Source: Anthoceros angustus (lineage: Eukaryota; Plantae; Anthocerotophyta). Taken from it: a DNA stretch of 64,000 nucleotides. The notes below the pieces were generated by a model that saw only the letters and a list, made by a program, of their open reading frames with translations, was not told the DNA's origin and ran no database searches. Made by a program: the position numbers and the translations under genes. The stretch is from the NCBI GenBank assembly GCA_010909165.1, contig MU008157.1, positions 124,001 through 188,000 on the forward strand. Direction: 5' to 3'. Below are positions 1 through 12,297 of this stretch, piece by piece (position 1 is the first letter of the stretch; each line of letters starts with the position of its first letter).

Positions 1-5
1 GTGAC

Positions 6-1673
6 ATGGTTGTGTCCTTCGCCCCTCAGAGGTGTGAGACCTATCTGCGTGTGGGAAGCTACAAGATGGCGTTGCAGGAGGCAAACCTTTCCGTGCTAAA
101 CCCTAGGCTAAACGCCGAGCTCCAGATGCGAAGAGCGACATGCTTGCACATGATGCATCTGTACGACGAGGAGGTTACCTGTCTTGAGGAGCTGCAGGCG
201 AGTCTCGGTACCTCCGAGTGCGATCGGCTCCTTCTACAAGAAATCTCGAACCAGAAATCCAGGGCAAGCATAGCTAGGCGCCAGAGTGGTTTAGGCATCT
301 ACGAGTTCGATGACGACGAGTTCTCGAGGCTGTCTGGGACCGAGCTTCCGGCTGGCTGTTCTCCATTTGTTGGATCAATTGAGCTTCGTACTGGCACGGA
401 GAACGGTACCGCAAGACGAGGACGGGAGCCCGGAATGTTTGCATCCCAGGATGTGGAGCCGGGGGAGCTACTGCTTGTGGCCAATCCCCTTGCCCGAGGA
501 CGAGATCATCACTGGACTTGGCCGGTGATACGCTTTCACAGCAGAAGGCCCCCGCGGACAAGAGAGGAAATTGACACCTCATCCTGGAGTGCGCAATTCC
601 AGAATACGTGTGTAGAGGCCATAGCCAAGGCACAGCAATCTCCGCAGTACGCTTCGCAACTGAAGAGCATGCTGCGGGGCATTAGGATTCGCAATCCTTC
701 ACTGGAACTGTTCACTCAAGTCGGAGATGACGACAAGTATGGAGACGTGAACTCGATGGAGGAGCACCAACGTCACTTGGTGAAAGTGGACATCCGTGAT
801 ATCCGTTCTGTTCTGGCAACCAACGGCCTTGTTGAGGGTGCGCTATACGGCTTGCCTTCCTTCTTTCTGCATTCTTGCGCTCCTAACTGCGTCCAGTACA
901 TGGAATCTATGTATAGCGGCGGAGCCATGTTTATCGCAGCGACTCGCAGGATATCCGCCGGAGAGGAGCTTTCGATCCATTCTGTCTCTATGTTTCACAG
1001 CATATTCCGCCGGAGTGAAGAGTTTTCTGGACATTGTCGAGGGGATTTTTGCATTTGTCCGCGGTGCACGTTTGAGCACCAGGCGCTTCGCAAGGATATC
1101 CCGGAATTGCGAGAGCTGATCTTTATATACAGTTCCCAAATCGAAGCTCGCTGTCATCCCTGTCGAGTACATGACAGGAAGACGGTCGAAAACATTGTTT
1201 CCACATGTTCCGACCCTGAGGACTTGCTATTGAAGAATGTGGTGCACGTCAATGACAGTGAACACATGCTAGCCATATGTTCCGAAGTTGAAGGCTGGTT
1301 GGAGAGGATACTGAACCGCGATGACTCTGCACTCTTGTCCGAGCAGCAAAAAGACTGGATTCGGTGCTCCTTCGCCCTGGCTTATGTGTTCCCTGTCTTG
1401 TCTTGTCCAGGAAATGTTCAAGCAAAATTGATGGATGAGGTTGTGCGAGTTTTAACATCGGTTGAACCGGGAACAGCAACCGCATTAACCATTCTCGCCT
1501 TATGCAAGCATAAAATGGAGCGCTCGGATGTTAACAGAATTCTCAGGGAGAGGTATAAGAACCACAATCTCTACTTTCCGTTCAAGGAGAAAAGTTATCA
1601 TAATTTGCTGGATTGGGGTTTCAGTCACCTTCATCGTTTACTCTTTCATATCTATGCTGGAGTTTATCATTAG
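6..1673 (+). CDS. TPR + SET-domain protein (SMYD/ATXR1-like), intronless here; 5' end may lie outside the window
   Basis: 555-aa ORF with TPR-like helices, SET-N 'GMFASQDVEPGELLLVANP', SET-C 'LYGLPSFFLHSCAPNC' and 'ATRRISAGEELSI', and post-SET 'FCICPRC'. Confidence 0.75.
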   Translation: MVVSFAPQRCETYLRVGSYKMALQEANLSVLNPRLNAELQMRRATCLHMMHLYDEEVTCLEELQASLGTSECDRLLLQEISNQKSRASIARRQSGLGIYEFDDDEFSRLSGTELPAGCSPFVGSIELRTGTENGTARRGREPGMFASQDVEPGELLLVANPLARGRDHHWTWPVIRFHSRRPPRTREEIDTSSWSAQFQNTCVEAIAKAQQSPQYASQLKSMLRGIRIRNPSLELFTQVGDDDKYGDVNSMEEHQRHLVKVDIRDIRSVLATNGLVEGALYGLPSFFLHSCAPNCVQYMESMYSGGAMFIAATRRISAGEELSIHSVSMFHSIFRRSEEFSGHCRGDFCICPRCTFEHQALRKDIPELRELIFIYSSQIEARCHPCRVHDRKTVENIVSTCSDPEDLLLKNVVHVNDSEHMLAICSEVEGWLERILNRDDSALLSEQQKDWIRCSFALAYVFPVLSCPGNVQAKLMDEVVRVLTSVEPGTATALTILALCKHKMERSDVNRILRERYKNHNLYFPFKEKSYHNLLDWGFSHLHRLLFHIYAGVYH

Positions 1674-1850
1674 AGGAGAAGCAATAATTTCCGTGTAAGA
1701 AGTGAACTTTGTCCAAGAGACCAAAATCTCTATCTTTTGTTCAAGAAGAAAAGCTATGACAATTTGTTCAATTAGAGTTGGGTCACTTTCATCACTTACT
1801 TTTGGATATCTATCCAACAGTTGATCGTTAGAAGAGAAGCAATTATTTTT
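1566..1850 (+). repeat. Diverged ~159-bp direct repeat (2 copies) overlapping the 3' end of the SET ORF
   Basis: 'aatctcta..t..gttcaag.agaaaag.tat.a.aatttg...ttaga.gagaagcaat.attt' at ~1566 and ~1725. Confidence 0.7.
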
Positions 1851-2054
1851 AGGTCAGAAAGGAAGGAGAACGATTAGGTATGATCCATTAAACTCTTGGA
1901 GCTAATAGGATTATTTTTTGTCATGTCTAATACGCCGGTTCATACTTCATATATTTGGTTCAAGTCTTAAAAAATAAATCTTCTTATGAATTTAATGAAT
2001 TAATAAGAGACATCAATATCCTTTTAGTTAAGACTTTGCCACCCAAACCTTGAG

Positions 2055-2399
2055 CCGCATCCCAAGGGGTGGTTCAACAGGATAATGCCGAAATAATTCT
2101 TTTTTGAAAAACTAAGGTTCAACATAAATATTTATATTTTCAAAATTTCAATATTTATGAAAAATAATTTTATCAAATTTCAAAATTTATGAAAATACAT
2201 AGGTATCTATATAAAACTAATGGATATGTATAGACCTCCCCTAAACAGACCCAAATTTTTCACACAAGCCCTAGTTTCCTTGTTTTCGGCATCTTAAACT
2301 CATAAATTTTTACATATTCAGTATTTTAAGTATAATAATTTCAGGATTTTCATATTATTAATTTTAATTAATTAGCACCAAATCACCCCTCGGGTATGG
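2055..2399. mobile_element. MITE, degenerate copy of the family at 14970-15310
   Basis: Colinear AT-rich similarity to 14970-15310 over ~345 bp; degenerate TIRs ccgcatcccaagggg...cccctcgggtatgg. Confidence 0.8.
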
Positions 2400-2932
2400 T
2401 ATATTAAACTTGAATGCCTTTAATTATGAATTCAAATCAAAAGTTTTTATAAATAGGGATGCACGATGAGACCATATTAGGATTTTGTTTAGTGATTATT
2501 TTATTGATGTTCATGTATCAAAGAAATACAAGGAAGTAGCTTACAAAACCAGGACAATTAGAGTTGGATATAACTAATTTTTGGGGAAGACGAAAAGACA
2601 TGTAGGATTCATAGAAGGGCAATAGTGTGGGAAATTTACAGCAAGGCATAATATCTTCAAACAATCAAGACATAAAATCCTTAAATTTGAAACTTAGGCT
2701 AAACGTCAGCAAACTACATACAAAACATAAATTGATATCTCTTGTCCATTTATGATCAATTTGTCCTTTCAAAACATAACCCTACTAGCTAATTTCAAAA
2801 CGTGCAACAAAGTATTCTTGACACACAAAAGTTGACATAATGGCCAATTTGTCCTAGAATAGATAATCCTACTAGTTCCAAATGGCTTGAAGCTAAATGT
2901 ACCACACCCAATAGCATTTTTTCTCTTGTACC

Positions 2933-3090
2933 AAAAAATTATTGCTCCACCTCTAATGATGAATGTACATGGACCACAAAGCGATGAAATTGTCATAACG
3001 AATCAGCGAGCAAATTGTCATAACGAATCAGCGAGCAAATTGTCATAACTTGTCTCCTCGAACGGGAAGTAGAGATTTTGCTTCTCTGGA
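2933..3090 (-). repeat. Inverted copy of the 1566/1725 repeat with an internal 25-bp tandem duplication
   Basis: Reverse complement reads aatctctacttcccgttcgaggagacaagttatgacaatttg...cattagaggtggagcaataatttt; aattgtcataacgaatcagcgagca occurs ~2.5 times at ~2988-3049. Confidence 0.7.
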
Positions 3091-4513
3091 GAAAGATCAA
3101 TCACAACAACACTTTAGTTCGCAGCAAGGAAGAAGGTTGTAATGGGTAGTACCCCATCAAAGGGAAGTGTACAATTAAATGTCCAATACGTCCACCGAAG
3201 TCCGGTGTATCCAATTACCATTGCCCCCCAATGATTTGTCACCGTCGCCATATGCCTTGTACGTTGTATCCCAAGAGAAATGCATATGTTCCAGATGTGG
3301 GGTTGAAGGCCACGAAATCTCTTGCAACATCGTGCACTATAAGTATACGGGTGTTTTTATGACAGGTTTTACAATGAATTTTACAACATTATTCAGGAAC
3401 TTATTGTAAATTCGCACGTTGTAGCGGATGCGGAGAAGAGAATATTACATATGCCACTTTAGCCACCTCGGATTATAATTGAAGGGGCGTGTTGTAAGTC
3501 AGGTTCGGTATTAGGTTTGGTGCTACATCACCTTTTGTGCCACATCGCATGCCTACATGATGCCATGCATTAAGAGCGTACATAACAATATGTAGTCTAT
3601 TAAGTATTTTACAACTATTATAACAAAGAGCTTAACAACGATAACGATGACAATCATGGGATGTACTACTGCAACAACAATAACTTTTACAATAACTACA
3701 ATAACAATGACTTTTATATCACTTACCACGAGAAGTACAACATCTATTATGGTTTATTTTTTGTAATTATAATAATTATTTAAATATAATAAATTAATAT
3801 TTTTAAATATTTTTAAACTATTAAATTACTTTAATATCTTAAATATTCATTTAATATTCAATATAATATATAATAAATCTATACTATATATATTATAAAT
3901 TACTAAAAAGCTTAAAATACAGCATGGGTTTCAATTGTTTTTTTAATTTTTTCTAATTGTTTCAAGTAGTCCTTGAAAGAAACAGACGAATCAGATATAA
4001 GGACACTACATCACGAGAGGGGCAATTATTACCTACCGAAGTAGATTCTCTGAGATTTCCTAGAGAGGCCTTAAGAATCTCTGCAGCCGCACGTCCAAAT
4101 ATTTCTGATTTGACACAACAAGCCAACAGTGGTAGATTGTTAGAGAAGCGCAGCCGATCCCTCAAACGACACCCAAATGAGAAATCTGATAGTCATGCAA
4201 ACAGGAATAGGCAGCGAGATACCGGTTGGCCCTTGCTCCGCTTTTGGACTCGGAGGTCCCTACATTTACCTGCAGCAGCTCAAGACAAGTAAGCTCTGAG
4301 TCTTAGAGGTGCCTCCCGTGAAAGAGAAAAGCCTGTGTGTGTCGGGAGCACAATTTTCACTGGATGAAGACGGAGACATAGTGCATCAGTTGCAAAGGGG
4401 AAATAGCCACGACTGATGGAAGAAGAAAAAGAATTTTATTGAAGTCCACTAAGTCATGGACTTGTACCATGGTATGCCTAAGCTACTTGCACTAAGGGCA
4501 TCCATTCCCTTTA

Positions 4514-4619
4514 GGCACCCCATCTAAGTACCGATCCAAGCGCAGGATGGCACCCCATCTAAGTACCCATCCAAGTGCAGGATGGCACCCCATCTAAGTA
4601 CCCATCCAAGCGCAGGATG
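4514..4619. repeat. 35-bp tandem repeat x3
   Basis: ggcaccccatctaagtaccSatccaagYgcaggat, head-to-tail with no spacers. Confidence 0.9.
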
Positions 4620-6983
4620 CTTGATAACCACGTTCTTATAAATGTGTGTCCCTTTGGCCTATTGCTCTTGAGGACGCATTTCTGTTTTGTTCCTTCCATT
4701 CCAAGGTGTCAAGCTTTTCGCTAAGAAATATGCGGGCAGAGCAGCTTCCGCTGATGTTCGGCAGGAGCACAACCCTCACTGGATGAAGGCGGAGATCTAG
4801 TGCCTCAGATGGCCTGGGGAAGGAGCCACGATTTGAATGCCGTGAACCTTTCGTCCATGAAAGGGGAAAAGAATCTGTTAAGCTGGTATGCGAGAGGAGG
4901 GCAACTAGAAGACGAAGTACACTACCGCGTTGGTCAGTTGGAGGGTTTTGAAAAGGAAGGGACGTGTTTTCCCCAGTGGACGCTTGGGACTGAAAGCATC
5001 CACGACTGATGGAAGAGCTCTTCTGAACAATCGGGTGTGCAAATAGGACTGCAGCAGAAAGCGTCCTCGGCACCTTAGTTGCACAGGAAGGGCATGTAAA
5101 TAAGTGAGGGATCGGAGACTGGTACATCTTGCAAGAGGTGCTGTGGAGGATATTATACCACCTTGCTGGCGTGGAGTCAGGAATTTCCTGCAAGACCGTC
5201 ACAAATCTTGCGTCCGAGGGCAGCAATCCAGGCTCTGTCCTTGCCGGAGTATGCCCGAGAAACATGTGAGAGAGCAACAAGGAATCCTCCACTGCCATCG
5301 TGGAAGGGCTGCAAGAGGAGGGTTCTGCAGGGACTGGAGAGCTTCCCCCATCCCTGCGTCTCTGCATTCCAGGGCAACGAACCTGTCGTAAGAACAAGCA
5401 GCACTAGGCAGATGTGAAGGGAGACAGGAAGCTACCTGGCCTGTCGGAGATGTACACAGGAGCAGTGACACTGGGAAGTGCTGACTGCTTGAAGGCTTCC
5501 TCCAGCAGCAACAGCACCTCTTCACCTTGCACAGAATCGGGAATGTCCCAGCACCCCCGAGCACAAACGACTTTCCCGCCCGCAAACACGAACTGGACAG
5601 CAGCTTGCAACACCAGGAAAGTCAGGCTCAGAATCACGAATCCCCGGGGTTTCTTCAAGTACGGAAATGAAGCATGCAGGATGCATACAAGGGCAGCAGT
5701 CCGAGAATTCTGCAACAAGGCATAGGAACCCCAAGCAAGCTCCAGCTTCTGCTTGTCGGAGAGGGAGGCACCGAGGGCGAAGAGCTGCCGCTGCCCGGAC
5801 GTGGCAGCCTTCCCGGATGGCACTTCCTGCACCGTCCCCAGCATCAAACCCACTGACCAACCTGCCCACCCATCGCCCCCTTTCTCCAAAACAACAGAAA
5901 CAAAGCAGCAGGTGCCAAACCGTTCCATCCAGCCGTTGCCCGAGAGACGGCAGAGCCAGGGCCACGCCCGCTAAACCCAACCCCACAGCTTCCGTCCTCT
6001 GCCAAACACGCCCCGGCCCCGACTCGCATGAGACAAGCGAACCCAAAACATCCCCGGCCATTCCAGCAGAAATCCTGATCCTCCCAAACCCCTCACCCAC
6101 TGCGCATCCGACACGAAGTCCGCCGAGACCACATGGTTGGCCACCAGCAACCCCCCGAAGAGCAGCCCCGCGAGGGCCGGCAGATTGGAGTCATCGAACC
6201 CCGGGATCCCTGCACTCGCAACCGCATCGGGTGAGCTGCAGCTGCATCACCCGCAGCCCCCAACAACCCACCGGCATCGACCTAGAGTAAACCGGAAGAC
6301 GGAGACTTGGAGCTCCGGAGGAGAGCCCTGAGCCGCCCGGAGCTGCCGTACTCGCTGCCGCCCGGAACCGGCCGCGGCGGCTGGGCTCCTGCGCGGAAGG
6401 AACGCCAAGCCGCCGCCGCCGACGCCGCCCACCGCAGCCTGCATCCTTCCGTGCTCGGGGGAGACCTCGCTCAGTCCATCTGCAACAGCGGCAGGAATTT
6501 CCAGGATCCTTCCTCGCTCCTTCTCCTTCCCAGCTCCTTCGTCCCTCCTTCCCGGTTCCTTCTCCTTCCTGGTCCCTGGAGGGCGTTTCACCCGCGGTGG
6601 GTGAAGCCGGGGAAAGCCGTGCGAGCGGGAGCGGGACGCCGCATCCCGAGATTTGCCGCTTCCGTGCTCCACAAGCTTCGCCCGGACTGTGTTCTCGTCT
6701 CCCCGCGCCAGGCTTAACCGGGAGCCAATTTTGGCCGGACGCCCAGGGAAGAGAGAGCGCTGCCTCGACTGTTCCCCCTTCTCCGGCCCAGGACTGGGCG
6801 CTGTAGATCCATCGCCCCTGGATGGTGTTGCCGCGCTGCTGTTGAGCTGCAGGTACGTTGTGCAGCTTGTTTTTCTGCTGCTGTCCCGGGAGAAGACGGA
6901 GATGGCGATGGAGTAGCGGGCGGGGCGGGGGCGGGGCTGGGGCTGATGTTGGGTGGTGGGATGCTGCGCAGAGGAGAGCAGAG

Positions 6984-7522
6984 ATGCCGTCGGAGCGGGC
7001 GGATTTGGTGGAAATTGTGGAGGACCGGCTGGACTGCGGGAAGTACGTGGACGCGGTGCGGGATCCCGGGCGGGGGCCCTGGTGACGTTCCACGGCACGA
7101 CGCGGGACACGTTCGAGAACAAGAAGGTGATGGAGCTGCAGTACGAGGCGTACGCGCCCATGGCGGCGCTGCAGCTGCACAGCATCTGCCGGCAGGCTCG
7201 GAAGGCGTGGGCTCTGGTGGGCGTGGCGGTGGCGCACCGAATCGGGGTTGTGCCCGTCGGGGAGGAGAGCGTCTTCATCGCTGTGTCGTCGGTGCACCGG
7301 AAGGATGCTCTGGAGGCCTGCCAGTTCGTCATCGACCAGCTCAAGGCGTCGGCGCCCATCTGGAAGAAGGAAATCTACGAGGAGGGGTCGGCGTGGAAGC
7401 AGAACCCTGAATTCCACCGCGCCAGCAACGGGCGCCGCTGCTGCGACAAGCCGAATGGGAATGTGTTGGAGCATCGTGCTGAGTCGGATGATGCTGCTGG
7501 GCAGCAGCGCAGAAATCTGTGA
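6984..7522 (+). CDS. CNX6: Molybdopterin synthase catalytic subunit (MoaE/MOCS2B), with an apparent 1-nt frameshift at ~7068-7070
   Basis: ATG 6984 gives MPSERADLVEIVEDRLDCGKYVDAVRDPG; the next frame gives GALVTFHGTTRD...LQYEAY.PMA...AHRIGVVPVGEESV...SSVHR...IDQLKASAPIWKKE (MoaE signatures). Confidence 0.9.
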
Positions 7523-8753
7523 CTCCTGGAGATTGCCCGCCTCCCAGCCATGGCGAGCTGTTCCACCTTTGGATAATGGAGATGTCAGACATCACATCAC
7601 ATCACAGCCCAGGCAAGGCCAGGCCAGGCCAGGCCAGCCGGCAGAGGGAGTTGTGGAAACCTTCTCGTTTAGTCCTCTTGCACTTCAGAACACCACCACC
7701 TTGTTCCTTTAGGATTTCCTTCCTTTCCCTGTAGCATCATCTGGCCGTGTGACCATGACGGTAGCCAGCAATGTGGCCAAGGGAGTTGCATCCGGCATCT
7801 CTGGAAAAGAGGAGGAACAAATTTCTAGAGATTCCAGAACCTCTGCTTTCGGTCTCAACGTCTCCGACTCATGCAACGTGCTTGATTGACTGTCGGTGAA
7901 AGTGCAAATGCAAGGCTCTTGTCGCTAGCCCCTGGAGGTGCTTAGCTTCAGACATCAGAGAGTCTGCCTTTTAATCGTACTTCGGACATTCCCCTACCTA
8001 CATATTTCTTTGCGTGACAAGCAGTCACACAAATTTTGAATGAACTGACCAGGCAACGTCAAGTAGAGTTTACTACATGTTGGTTCTCTGTGAAGACACA
8101 AAACTTGAAAGGGCATTTGCTCGAGGGGCATGCCAAAATCTGCTGACCGAAGACAATTTTCCAGTATATTCTCTTATGAAAGAGTCTACATACTCTTGTC
8201 GCTAGCTTCTGTCCTCCTGCTTACCTTCAGACGTGCCTGCCTGCCTTTTGTCCGTACTTTGCACATTCCTCTCCCAATTTTTTACATGATAAGCAGTCAC
8301 AGTTGACGGACACACAAGTTTTGAATGAATTGATAGGGGACCAATCTTTGGGGAAAACCAAAAATTTGAAAGATTGTTTGCAAGAGAGTATGTCAAAACC
8401 CCTGACCCTGGGCAACATATTCCTATTCTACCTAGCACACCCTCTAGTAAAAGAATCATTCCACCGCACCTGTTAGCCTACTGTTAATGTCGCACTCCTG
8501 ACATCCTCCTCCTGCGCGTACATGACTACCTAGGAACAGCAACATCCATTCCTGCTGCTGACAGCCCACCTTGGAAGTGTATGGGTGGACGACTTCCGCT
8601 ACTTTACAAGCTATACATTAAGAGGGTGGCAGAGACAATCCCACCACTCCTCTCGTCCACTACTCGAGTACTCCGTTCATGCACATCCTGGACTGTGCTT
8701 TTGTGGGCTGAATCAATGTCTGGACAGAAGCAAGGCAGAAGCAGAAGCTGACC

Positions 8754-11330
8754 TCATTGCTCGAACGGGCCAGGGGTTCCCTGCCATCCCTCCAGCACCT
8801 TGAGCAAGGGGGCGATGTGCTTGCCATCGTTGATGGCATCGAACACCTTCTCGAAGTCGGAGCCAGGGGAGCCGTTCTTGATGAGCCCACAGAGCAGCTC
8901 AGTGCCCAGCTCCGACCGCACGAATTGGTAGAGCGGGTATGTCCTGCATTCCTGTATCCTGTTGGGCAAGGGAGCCAACCCCTTATCGTAAGCCGTCCTG
9001 GCAGCAGGCACATCCACGTCCAGGGCTGCCACCAGCTCCTCTTCGAACAGAGGAATTCTCTGGAACAGTGTGAGCCTCTCATCCGACTCCAGCTCCTTGG
9101 GGGGCTTCAGCGCCTTCTCCACCAGCACCTGCCGCAGCTTTTGCATCAGCGGGTAGGCCGGGCTGGAGGCGTCGTCCACGTATGTAAAAGGAGGCTGGTT
9201 CTCCACCACATATAGCAGCTCTTTCTCGTAGAATCTGGACTGCAGCAGAGTTCCGTTGCTGCCGGTGGAGAGCACCTTCTTAGACACCAAAGAAACCGTC
9301 TTCTTCACCGTGGCGACCATGTTCTCCTCCAGATGCCTCAAATCCACGGCCTGGCACAGGGCCACGAGGTAGGTGGAGGTCATGAGCTTGAGAATCTCCA
9401 CTGACTCGGCCGTCTTCCTGGCCGACACCAGCCCCAGCGAGTTCACATCCTGGTTGTGCTGCTCCGCGCTCTGCACGTGGTTGGTCACCGGGTTGGCCAG
9501 GAACTGCAGCTCCGAGGTGTAGGACGCCATGGCGATCTCAGCCCCCTTGAAGCCGTAGTCCAAGCTTGGGTTTGGCCCCCCCGACAGATTGCTCGGCAGG
9601 CCCCCATTGTAGTAGTCGTTGACGAGCTCGGAGAACTGCGCGAACATGAGCTTCCCGATGGCCGCCAGCGCCAGCCTCACGTTGTCCATGGACACCCCGA
9701 TGGGCGTCCCCTGGAAGTTCCCTCCGTGCAAAGCGATGGACCGGGCCGCGTCGATGATCGGGTTGTCATTCACCGAGTTGATCTCCCTCTCGATGCTGTG
9801 GGTCGCATTCCGGATCACCTCAATCTGCGGCCCGAGCCACTGCGGGGACGTCCGCAAAGCGTACCTGTCCTGCTTTGGCTTCTTCAGCGGGTCCGTCTCG
9901 TGCAATTTCGCTGCCAACTTCATGTAGGAACTTCCATCCAGCACCCACTGCAGAGACAACGGGTGCATTCAGAAACACAACCCACAAAAACCCACAAGAG
10001 CAAGCAAGGTTGCAAATTTCCTGGATGCATTCGACCAAAACCCCACAAGACCCACACGACAGATTCACATCTCCGGAGCCGAGGCTCACCTCCATGATGG
10101 CTGCGGCCTCCATCTGCCCGGGATGGTGCTTGAGCTTGTGGGTGAGGGGGTCGGTGAACTCAGGCTTGCCATTCATGACCTCGCAGAAGAAAGCCGACAT
10201 GACCTCAGCCATGACGGCCAGGATGTTAGCATCGAAACAGACCATAGAGGCCATGGCGGCCCCCACGGCCGTGCCATTCACAATGGCCAGCCCCTCCTTG
10301 GGCTGCAAAACAAACGGCTGCGCCACCCCCGCAATGCGCAGCCCCTCCTCCGCCGTCACCTCCTTGCCGTCGGCCGTGAAGCAGCGCGAGTTGGGGCGGG
10401 CCGTGATCAGCCCCGCAAGGTAGCTCAGCGGCACCAGATCCCCCGACGCCGTGATGGTCCCCCGCAGCGGCAGCTTGGGCGTCACGTGCGCGTTCAAAAG
10501 CTTCTCCAGCGCGCACAGAATGTCCCACCGGATGCCCGAAAACCCCTGCAGCAGCGTGTTGGTCCGCACCAGCATCGCCGCCCGAGCTGCCGTGCTCGGC
10601 AGCGTGTTCCCCTCCCCCTTCCCGAACACCCCCGCGTTCAGAAATCGGATTAGCTCCTTCTGCAGCTCCGCCCCCTGCATCGTCCGCCTGTGCGAGGTGG
10701 CGCCGAATCCTGAAACCGCAGACGCAAACAGCCCATCAACCAACCCAATCCATCAAAGTCGAATTGCCTGCAACAGCAGCAGAGCTTCCCCAATCCGTGT
10801 CGCACGGACTGCAACGGCTACAACATCACCATCGCCGCGAAAGCAGAAACTGAAAGGTACTGGCATTGCAACCCACCGGTGGTGACGCCGTAGGTGTCGG
10901 TGCCCTTGGCCATGTTGGAGAGCACCCAGCTGGAGCTCTCGTCGACGCGCTGCTTGGCGGCCTCGGCGTCGAGGCGCACCTTCACGCCGGCGCGGCGCGC
11001 GATGGCGGTCACCTGAGCGACGGTCAAATTGACGCCCTCGATGGCCACCTCGTCGGAGCCGAAAAACACCTCCACCATCTGCTTCACCTCGTCCAGATGG
11101 CTGCCCTCCAGGGTCTCGGACGTGCGCACCCAGTTGAGCGGATCGTGCACGATCTCGCCCCCGGCGCGCTCGAAGCAGAATTTGGGGATGACGGCCGAGG
11201 TCTCCATGTGGTGGTCCTGCCCGGATCCGTTCACCCCGTGCTCGTGGTGCTGCAGGAGGATGTCCTCCTTCAGGGCGCCGTTGCCGTTCCCATTCTCCAC
11301 CACCACCTTGACGCGCTTGTTGGCCACCAT
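8754..11330 (-). CDS. PAL: Phenylalanine ammonia-lyase; 3 exons (11330-10877, 10709-10090, 9947-8754)
   Basis: YGVTTG|[21 protein letters not shown] motif [37 protein letters not shown]; GT-AG introns restore the frame. Confidence 0.97.
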
Positions 11331-11530
11331 GTTGCCTTCCTCCTCGGCCCCTGCCCCTGCCGCTGCTGCTGCTACTGGCCTCGGATTCCTGGGCGGGGGA
11401 GAAAAGGGTTTGGGCGGCAGCCGGCAGGAAGTCGAGGGTATGGAGGCAGGGAGGCGAGCGCCGGGGGGAGGGCGCGATCCCGACCCGAGGAAGCTGCTCT
11501 CGCCGAGATGGTATGATGGCGGGCCTCGAG

Positions 11531-11755
11531 GAGCTTATAAGCTCGGAGCTGCAATCAGGCAGAGGCGGAGCCCGAGGCCGGGGCCGGGTCGCTCATTCAT
11601 TGCCCTGCCCGGGCTGCCCGGGCGGGGCGCCTTTCCGTTGCCCGGGCCGGGGGCGGGGGCGGGGGGCTGGTCCCGTTGCGCGCCCGGCCGGGGCATCAAT
11701 AATTTGCCACAGCCTGGCTGGCTCGGAGTCGGGAGTCCCGGTTGGCACACCTAAC
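11531..11755 (-). promoter_or_regulatory. PAL proximal promoter: TATA-like box in a palindrome (gagcttataagctc) and AC/MYB elements (CCAACC 11740-11745, ACCTAAC 11749-11755)
   Basis: Motif matches 200-420 bp upstream of the PAL ATG. Confidence 0.45.
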
Positions 11756-12224
11756 TGCGCCACCGCGCTGCTTTGACCGGCCTCGGCCACTCGGTGGCCC
11801 TGCTCCGCCCACGTCCAACAGCAGGCCCGGCCGGGCCATTAATGGAAACGGACGCTTTCGCCGGGCCCAGCCTGCTCGAAATCATTGCCACTGACGGCGG
11901 CTCGCTCTCTGCCTCTCTGTCTTCGCGTTTGCCTTTGCCTTGCCACCGCCAGATTCCTAGGGTTTCGCGACCCGTTGCTGCCTCTCCGACTCCCTCACGT
12001 GTGTGGCATTCGCACCGCGGGCCACGCCGCTCTTGTGAGGACGACGAGATGCTGCGTTGCCGAGGTGAAGGGGGGAAGGGAAGGCAAGGGAACGGAAGCG
12101 CCCGGTGCCCCGCCTGCAGGCCTGTCCCTTCTCCAAGAAACGGAGGAGCCGTTCCCACGTCCCCACCGTCCCGCCTGTCAGCATCATCCCCTTCGCCTTT
12201 TCCCTGTCGTGTTTCAGCGTCATC

Positions 12225-12297
12225 AGGCAGAGGCAGGGGCAGCGGCAGCGGCAGAGGCAGAGGCAGGGACAGAGGCGGAGGCAGAGGCCAGAGGCAG
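12225..12297. repeat. (GGCAGA)n-like low-complexity repeat
   Basis: ggcagaggcaggggcagcggcagcggcagaggcagagg... Confidence 0.7.

Noticed and set aside
3600-3960. Extremely AT-rich and (AAC)-rich tract as a functional element
   Set aside because: No TIR, TSD or structure could be supported; low-complexity sequence
4514-4619. 35-bp repeats as a CRISPR array
   Set aside because: Head-to-tail with no unique spacers, no cas genes, eukaryotic context. The 42-bp repeat at 55817 and the ~43-bp repeat at 15954 are rejected for the same reasons.
6653-7410. Bicistronic MOCS2A/MOCS2B arrangement as in animals
   Set aside because: No upstream or overlapping ORF resembles MoaD or ends in the PPxSGG motif
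5522-7712. Numerous long overlapping ORFs (e.g. 6191-7474, 6247-7359)
   Set aside because: Expected by-products of very high GC and of antisense to CNX6; no domain signatures
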